From positions 6,076,001-6,140,000 of the forward strand of contig JAQFVV010000003.1 in NCBI GenBank assembly GCA_028023455.1: a DNA stretch of 64,000 bases. The letters run 5' to 3'. Made by a program: the position numbers and the translations under genes. Below the pieces are notes generated by a model. The model saw nothing but the letters and a program-made list of their open reading frames with translations. It was not told the origin of the DNA and searched no databases. The stretch is from Epiperipatus broadwayi. Its lineage: Eukaryota; Animalia; Onychophora. Of this stretch, positions 56,882 to 64,000 are shown piece by piece (positions within the stretch are counted from its first letter, which is position 1; each line of letters begins with the position of its first letter).

Positions 56882-57381
56882 NNNNNNNNNNNNNNNNNNN
56901 NNNNNNNNNNNNNNNNNNNNNNNNNNNNNNNNNNNNNNNNNNNNNNNNNNNNNNNNNNNNNNNNNNNNNNNNNNNNNNNNNNNNNNNNNNNNNNNNNNNN
57001 NNNNNNNNNNNNNNNNNNNNNNNNNNNNNNNNNNNNNNNNNNNNNNNNNNNNNNNNNNNNNNNNNNNNNNNNNNNNNNNNNNNNNNNNNNNNNNNNNNNN
57101 NNNNNNNNNNNNNNNNNNNNNNNNNNNNNNNNNNNNNNNNNNNNNNNNNNNNNNNNNNNNNNNNNNNNNNNNNNNNNNNNNNNNNNNNNNNNNNNNNNNN
57201 NNNNNNNNNNNNNNNNNNNNNNNNNNNNNNNNNNNNNNNNNNNNNNNNNNNNNNNNNNNNNNNNNNNNNNNNNNNNNNNNNNNNNNNNNNNNNNNNNNNN
57301 NNNNNNNNNNNNNNNNNNNNNNNNNNNNNNNNNNNNNNNNNNNNNNNNNNNNNNNNNNNNNNNNNNNNNNNNNNNNNNNNN
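56882..57381. other. Assembly gap (500 N)
   Basis: N run. Confidence 1.
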
Positions 57382-57599
57382 CCATATATATATATATATT
57401 AAAAACTTGATATTTCCAAATATGGAGTTCTGTATTGGTAAGATTTGAATTACACTCTACCATAAGTAATCATGTTTGTTAAGAATTTCATCTTTATTTG
57501 GGTATATAAATTAGCATACTATGTAACCAAGTATATAGGTTAAAAACCTTCTGTCCACATACTTATGTTCCAATACAATATATATATATTGAACCTGAT

Positions 57600-58150
57600 T
57601 GAAATCCGATTCAATTGCGTTATCGAAAAAAAGAAATTTACTAAGCTTTTAAGTTTCATTAAACGTAAGGTTTAAATTTCATTATTATTTAAACAGAATG
57701 CGTATGTCAAAATACACACGCATTTATATGTAAAACGGATTTTTTTTTTTTATGTTTATCGATTTATTTTAGAATAATTCTTATACCGCCTGGTTTTAAA
57801 TTCATTTGATTTAAAAACAAGCTGGCTAGCTAATTGCATTCCTGTTGCTTTTATTTTAATTATTGTAAACAATTTTAATAGCGGAGATTTGATTTTTATG
57901 TTGTTGTTTTCATTTCAATAAACCCTGGGTAGAATTCCTAGATAGATTGAGCGGGAGATTAATATTTGCCCTGCCTAAGGCGAAGAAATTGAACAACAAG
58001 GAAAGTGTTTCGCGGGAAATGGAGCAATGTATAAATAACCCCGGAAATTTGGAGGGTCAGTTAATCCATTTTTGAGAGATAGACAAGTGGGTTTCTCACG
58101 TGAAAGTTATAGCAGCGCGGACATTTAAATTTCTTAATTAAAGGACATCA
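57600..58150. promoter_or_regulatory. CpG-retaining promoter-like region with E2F-type sites
   Basis: CpG density rises sharply against a depleted background. tttcgcgggaaa at 58008-58019 is an overlapping E2F-like palindrome; gcgggaga at 57951. Confidence 0.55.
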
Positions 58151-58386
58151 GCTGTTATTAAAGACTTTCGCTGGCAAAAATGAAAAATTCTATACTTGTT
58201 ATCACCACCCAAATGGCTTGCTAACTCCACAAAAGATGGATCCCTGACTTCCAAGTTTGCTCCAGTAATGCCTTGAACACCTAAAAGAAACCGGAACCTC
58301 TTTACATCTACCTTGCTGCTTCAAGAACCTGAAAATGAACTTAAGTAAAAGTGCGCACTCTACGTGAACATTGCTTTTACCGAAAG
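58140..58386 (+). other. Putative first, non-coding exon (5' end uncertain)
   Basis: Ends at aag|gtaatt; follows the promoter-like region; contains only short uORFs. Confidence 0.4.
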
Positions 58387-58764
58387 GTAATTATTTTCGT
58401 TTTTATTCTCCCAGGGTAAATTAGTTCTCATTAAATCTCCACTCAATCTAACCACAAATATGTATTCTTAAATCAATATAGCCTCATATTTAATATTTGC
58501 TGTGTTTTTCAATATTTTATAGTGTGTCTTAGAATCTTAGTTTTAAGATTCTAATTTGCTTTCCGTTTTGTTTATTGGAGAGTGACGAGTGAGTTTTCTA
58601 TTTTATGTAAGATTTTTATAAATGCTTTGGCAGTCGTGCTTTTAAAATGCTTACCTGTAATTATTTAGTATTTAATAATTAATTAATTTTATACTCTATG
58701 TTTGCCCTCTTGCTAAACCTCCAAAAATCTTTTGGCTGACGACTTTATTGTCTGATTTTCGCAG

Positions 58765-58875
58765 GTGGAGATTTCGTTCTAAGATCTCTAAAAGTGGAAA
58801 TCAGAATTGTGTTTTTCTTTGTAATTTTATAAGTCGTCAGCAGGAAGATAAAATTTATCCTTTCTTAAATTACAG
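58765..58875 (+). other. Putative second exon (111 nt, probably 5' UTR)
   Basis: Branch-point ctgac at 58736-58740, acceptor ttttcgcag|, donor cag|gtgagc. Confidence 0.5.
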
Positions 58876-59850
58876 GTGAGCGATACTTTCGTTCTGCTAA
58901 AGTGTTTACAACTTTTAAGATTTTCGTACTCCGTGCACTCTCCGATAGATTCATTTGTGTATTTATTACGTGTGCTTTAAATTTATCAGAGCGTGTACTC
59001 AGAATTTGTTTGTAAGTTTATTTTCTTTTCGTTATTTGCTGGGACAGACGTAACTGTTTTTCTAATCATTTACTTGTCTCTTATTGAGACCATTAATTAT
59101 TAATTTTAAAGTAATTTTCGCCAATCGTTTGGCTGGGATTCACCAGTTTAATTGTTTCTTCATTTCAATGATATTTTTCGATTGTTCTTGGGGTGGATCA
59201 ATCGCCGTTATTTTAAACGTAGTAATAGGTGCAGCTCATACCGATATAAGGACATTCAAGGTCTGACCAATTTTTAGATCTTGAACAGCTCTTCGGCGCT
59301 GGATTCTTTGATCTATTTCAGGGGCATAGGGTTTAAATATCTGAAGGTGAAGACCAATGTTTAGGTGAATCCTCTGCTGAATGAAATTTGCTTCCTCCCT
59401 TTTACATTTGTTTATTAGAAGATCAGTCAGTCTGTCATAGCTTTGCCTTTAGTATGTCTGGTACACGCCTGAGTTAACCTCCATCTCTTGTGTCATAAAC
59501 TTATATTTAATAATTTATTTTCTCATAATAAAATTTATGAAATATGTTTAAACTTAATTTGGCTGACGTTTGTCTTTTTGCTTTTGTCTCAATTGTCTAA
59601 ACAATTTAAGATCTCTTGTTCCTCCCTGGGTCTAATCGGCACAAACCATCATCATCATCTATTCTGATCACAGTAAACAAATTTTCCAGACACATAGTGG
59701 TCTGGTGGCGCCCTCTGTTTCAGAATAGATTGAGTATCTGGTATAATATATATATATATTGAAACAGGTCTGAATTCGATCCCTGTTTCAAAAAGTAAAC
59801 TTTCCTATGTATGCATTAATATAGACCAATTAATTAAGTGAATGTATTTA

Positions 59851-60450
59851 AAGCAAAACTCTCCATACAGTATTGCCATCTGTGCTAAACAGAGTAATCA
59901 ATGGATGCCAGAAGGCTTGTGCATAAAATCCCTATCTAATGCCTACTCATCCAATATCCCCAGACTAGTTTCTGGCTTGTGGCCTTCGTCAGTGAGGAGC
60001 TTTGGATCTGAGAGCACTGCACCTAGATCTTAGGATCTAATGCAACCCTCTAGCAACCACTTTTTATCTCTACTTAACTACAAAACTATGAGAATGAAAT
60101 TTAAAACACAAAAAATATTTTCAATCTAAGCTCAATAGCTTATATAGTCATATGGGTCTGAACTCAGTTCAGCAACCATACATTTTGGTGTCTTTAGCTC
60201 TTTTACAACCATAGCCACCACTATCTTATTAGGCAGGATTGGTGTTAAACCATTAAGCATCACATGATCACATTTCCTATACTAGCACATTAATTGTTGA
60301 TAAACAGAGCAAAACTCTCCATACAGTATTGCACAAGCCTTCTGGCATCCATTGATTACTCTGTTTAGCACAGGTGGCAATACTGTATGGAGAGTTTTGC
60401 TCTGTTTATCAACAATTAATGTGCTAGTATAGGAAATGTGATCATGTGAT
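59851..60450 (-). mobile_element. Family B retrozyme-like insertion with hammerhead, fold-back and 11-bp TSD
   Basis: TSD gaatgtattta at 59840-59850 and 60451-60461; 456-nt period (gcaaaactctccatacagtattgc at 59853 and 60309); perfect 75-bp inverted repeat 60258-60332 / 60377-60451. Confidence 0.9.
59961..59994 (-). ncRNA. Minimal type I hammerhead ribozyme, near-intact
   Basis: CA-CUGACGA-A-GGC(CACAA)GCC-A-GAAAC-UA-GUC/UG, with palindromic stem III ACUAGU and a GUC triplet. There is one extra A before GAAA. Confidence 0.8.
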
Positions 60451-62099
60451 GAATGTATTTATTTCTTTTTCATATATAAATTTATAACTAGATAGGGATT
60501 TAAGAAGTTGAAAATAAACAGGAGTAGGGGTGTATGTGTGTGCTCTTTGTTTTATGGAACGCATGTATATAGTGCTGTATGGAATGAAAATATTAATATT
60601 ATTTATAAAAAAAATTCAGATAGAAATATTTTTTAATTCCAAGATGGAAGTAACAAAGTTTTATTCGGAGAAATTAAATGAAAAAAAGATATCAAAAAGC
60701 ACTTGCTCTATATCTGAAGAATTTAAATTACAGAGATTTGTTTTAGATTCAAAAGAATTTTGATCAAAACAAAGGAAAGTAAAAATATTTTTTGAGGTGC
60801 TAAACACTTTTTGCTTTTGTTTTAAAAGAATCTGGATTTGAGTGGCAGAACTTTCTAGAAAAGGGGAGGATAACTATAAAAAGAAAATTAATAAGATTAT
60901 AATTATTCTTGATTTTAACTTGCTGTTGGAAATCCAGTTGACATGTTTAAAAATTAAAGAAAATATTTTATTTGCTTCATCCATAGTGCTGAAAAGATCT
61001 TCATCAATTATAAGCAGGTTGGGATAGAGTGTTAGGCTTTACAATTCCATTCCTGAAGATACTGAAGTTGCTGCAGGATGACAGAATATTATTAATGGGA
61101 ACCAGTCACTCTGATGCCAAGATCAAGCTTTAACAATATTAGCAGATAGAAAATCAATAAAGCAGATCAGACCACCGGAATCACCTATTTCTATGGTCAT
61201 TATGTCGAATGCAATACATATTAAAAAGAAATATTTCACCTTTAGTTTTCCCTGGGGAAGAAATTCAGATAATGTGCACATTTATCACTTATATTCATTT
61301 AATGTTGCAAATGTTCATATGCCTTGAACTACTCATAAACTTTTATGCATAAACATTTTTTATTATTATTAAATCTTATGAATGTAAAGTGATTCTTTCG
61401 GTATCTGGATGAACCTGATATTTGTTTTCCTTTTTATGTATATTTCCTATTGCCTTATACATATTTTTATGCAGTGTGTATGTATACATGCATTTCTCTA
61501 ACTTTTGAATACAAAATAATTGGGTCATATAAATATGATAGAAATAAAAGTATAATATTAAAATAAAAATGAAATTTGAATATTTTTGTGTGGTTTCTCT
61601 GTTTTGAGTTTGTAAGATTATTAAAGTTATAAATTAGTGTAATAACTATTTAGTGTTATAACTACTTGATTTAAGAAGGTGTGTCTTGTGCAGTGTAACC
61701 CCCATATATTGTCCACAATTAACTAATCACCTGCCCTGAGTGAGCTAGTCAAAAGCTACTGTCTTAAAGTTTCCACATTGGTATTCCAGCTTTCCCAGTA
61801 TAATTCTTATAGTAATATAAAATTGGCACTTGAGATCATAAAATGTCACTCAAAAATATACTGGGTGAGAAATAGTGAATCTTTAAAGGTTTCATTTTAT
61901 TTCTTTTGTTGAATTCTTACAATCTAAAAAGGAGATTGTGTTCTACTAACAGTAATGTGTTAATATAACAATAAATGCAGGGTTATTTACTTTAATCATA
62001 CCCAAAATATTATCGATTCCCATAAAAGTATATTGTATAGAAATAAAAAGAAACATTTATATACATGTAGCATTATTCATATACACAATTATATAGATT

Positions 62100-63450
62100 G
62101 TAATGGTGATTCCGTTTCCATGGCATGACAACTAAGGGTTTTCGAAGAATGGAGAATATGGGGAAGGGAGTATAAGGATTAAGTATGAAGAAAGGGAGGG
62201 AAATGTAAGAAAAAAATATATAATTTGTTTTGTTTGTAAAAATATAGAATAGTGGTTTAGCATAAAAAAAATCTGAAAATAGGCAACGGAATGGATTGGT
62301 TAGGGAAGTTAAGTATGCAGCATAGTGCTTCAGGGGAGGGAAAGTAAGCCTGGCATGTTTAAATATAAGAATAATATACAAGAATAATAAAAATAAAACA
62401 ATATTAAAATAAAGGGAAGAGATCAAGAAAGAGCCAATAAGGGAAGAAAGTATGGATAAAAATTAAGACAATATGAGTAAAAGTGAGAGAGAAGAAATAG
62501 ACGAAAGTCAGGACAAGGATGAAGAGAAGAAAACTTTGGAAAAAAGGTTAAAGATGGCAAAAGTGTGAGAAGCCATGTTAAAGTACTCATCGGCCCAGAT
62601 TAAAGTAAACAAATTATTGAATGATTGGGTGTTTGCCAGTCAGATGACAGAAACTCCAGTTGAGCATATAAAAAGTTTATGGAAGTATTTCATCAGCAAT
62701 CTGATGTCTGAAATAAAAAAATAGCTCTCGTAAGCGAATTAGCTATAAAAAAATAATAACAAGATTCAACCGAAAGAATGGGAGTTTAAATCAGAAATTA
62801 AAGAATCTTAGAAAACAAGATCATGAAACAGTACAGAAATAGCATTGTGGAAATGAAAAACGGTGACAGTTATGTAGGCTGACCCATGACCGAGGAAAAG
62901 ATTGAATTCACCATGTCAAAAGATGGCCAATAAATCAATAAATTTAAGTAAACGAATGGAAAAATAAGTAACTGAACACAATTTTTTTTTTTATTGTTTT
63001 ATTTTTTTTTTGGGTTGTGGGTTCAATATTTTATCGTAGCTATTGCAGGGGCAGTTATATATATTGAGGTATATAAAGTAAGGGTTTATGCATGTGTTGC
63101 CAGTTTGTAAGCATAGAGAGTAGATAAGTTGTGGCTGTGAAGCTTTGGGAGGAAAGTGATCTAATTCTGATGGGGGATGTGGGGTGGCTACTGGATCAGG
63201 CATGTGGTGTGTTGCATTCTGTATATAGCTGTTCTTTATTCCCAAAATAGTTGACTCATCCAATATGAGACAGCCGATAAATGTATATATTAAACTTGAG
63301 CCTGAAAGACTTTTAACGAAGCAGGGCATTCACATATCGTCCCATCCATAAGACTCCAGATGTGAGCATGGTTTGGGGTAATTCATATTTAACCCAGAAA
63401 ATTCCGAATAAGAGTTGGGTATTTGTCCTAGTTACACACACCCCTAAGTT
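62100..63450. mobile_element. Unclassified degenerate retroelement-like patchwork
   Basis: Higher GC and CpG. A broken Lys/Glu-rich frame runs on + (62473-62840) and a C-rich broken frame on - (62991-63400). No diagnostic motif was recognised. Confidence 0.25.
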
Positions 63451-63754
63451 AAAAGAAAAATAAGAATTTTTTTTACATTTTTTTTTTTTTTGTTATTTTG
63501 TGGTTGTCTTACCAAGTAAGTTGGGGTAGAGTTGGCTGTATTCGTTCATAACACATCATATGTGCATGAGTTGTGGTCAGACCTAGTGTATATCATTAGG
63601 CTGATGGTCAGTTACTCTTATATTTTTATAGCTACAGGGTAAAAATTGGATAAAATTGATTTGAGGACATACATATAGTTCTCCTGGTTTAGACATAAGC
63701 CATTCAAACATGTAGACCATATTTAAAGGCTTCCAGGAGGGGGTATTAAAATGG

Positions 63755-64000
63755 CTGAGTTTGATCCCTGTTTCAAAAAGTAAACTTTCCTATATATGCG
63801 TCAATATAGCCCAATTAATGAAGTGAATTTATTTATTTCTTTTTCATATATAAATTTATAACTAGATAAGGATTTAAGAAGTTGAAAATAAACAGGAGTA
63901 GGAGGGTATGTGTGTATGCTCTTTGTTTTATGGAAATGCATGTATATAGTGCTATATGGATGAAAATATTAATATTATTTATAAAAAAAATTCAGATAGA
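63755..64000 (+). repeat. Local segmental duplicate of 59770-59850 + 60462-60624 (empty-site paralog)
   Basis: The two halves flanking the family B insertion are contiguous here, with a single gaatttattta at 63825-63835. Confidence 0.95.

Noticed and set aside
56840-57463. 207-aa ORF
   Set aside because: Mostly the N gap.

Overview
Very AT-rich, strongly CpG-depleted animal genomic DNA, probably invertebrate (inference), with a 500-N scaffold gap at 56882-57381. I cannot identify an intact protein-coding gene, and almost all listed ORFs are noise or transposon debris. Recognisable content: two RTE-clade LINE fragments plus a more decayed third, a SPIN/URR1-like hAT MITE, a second hAT MITE, an internally deleted pogo/Tigger element, a decayed UTP6-like retrocopy, and a CpG-retaining promoter-like region with E2F-type sites and two non-coding-looking exons (~57.6-59.3 kb). 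The main hidden structure is about a dozen type I hammerhead ribozyme motifs, or decayed/variant versions of them, in several unrelated repeat families. Many sit inside the long inverted repeats scattered through the window, as expected for Penelope-like elements (PLEs) and their non-autonomous retrozyme-like derivatives. One ~600-bp insertion has a 456-nt unit, a near-intact hammerhead, a perfect 75-bp fold-back, an 11-bp target-site duplication and an empty-site paralog 4 kb away. All motif calls were made by eye and none was computed.
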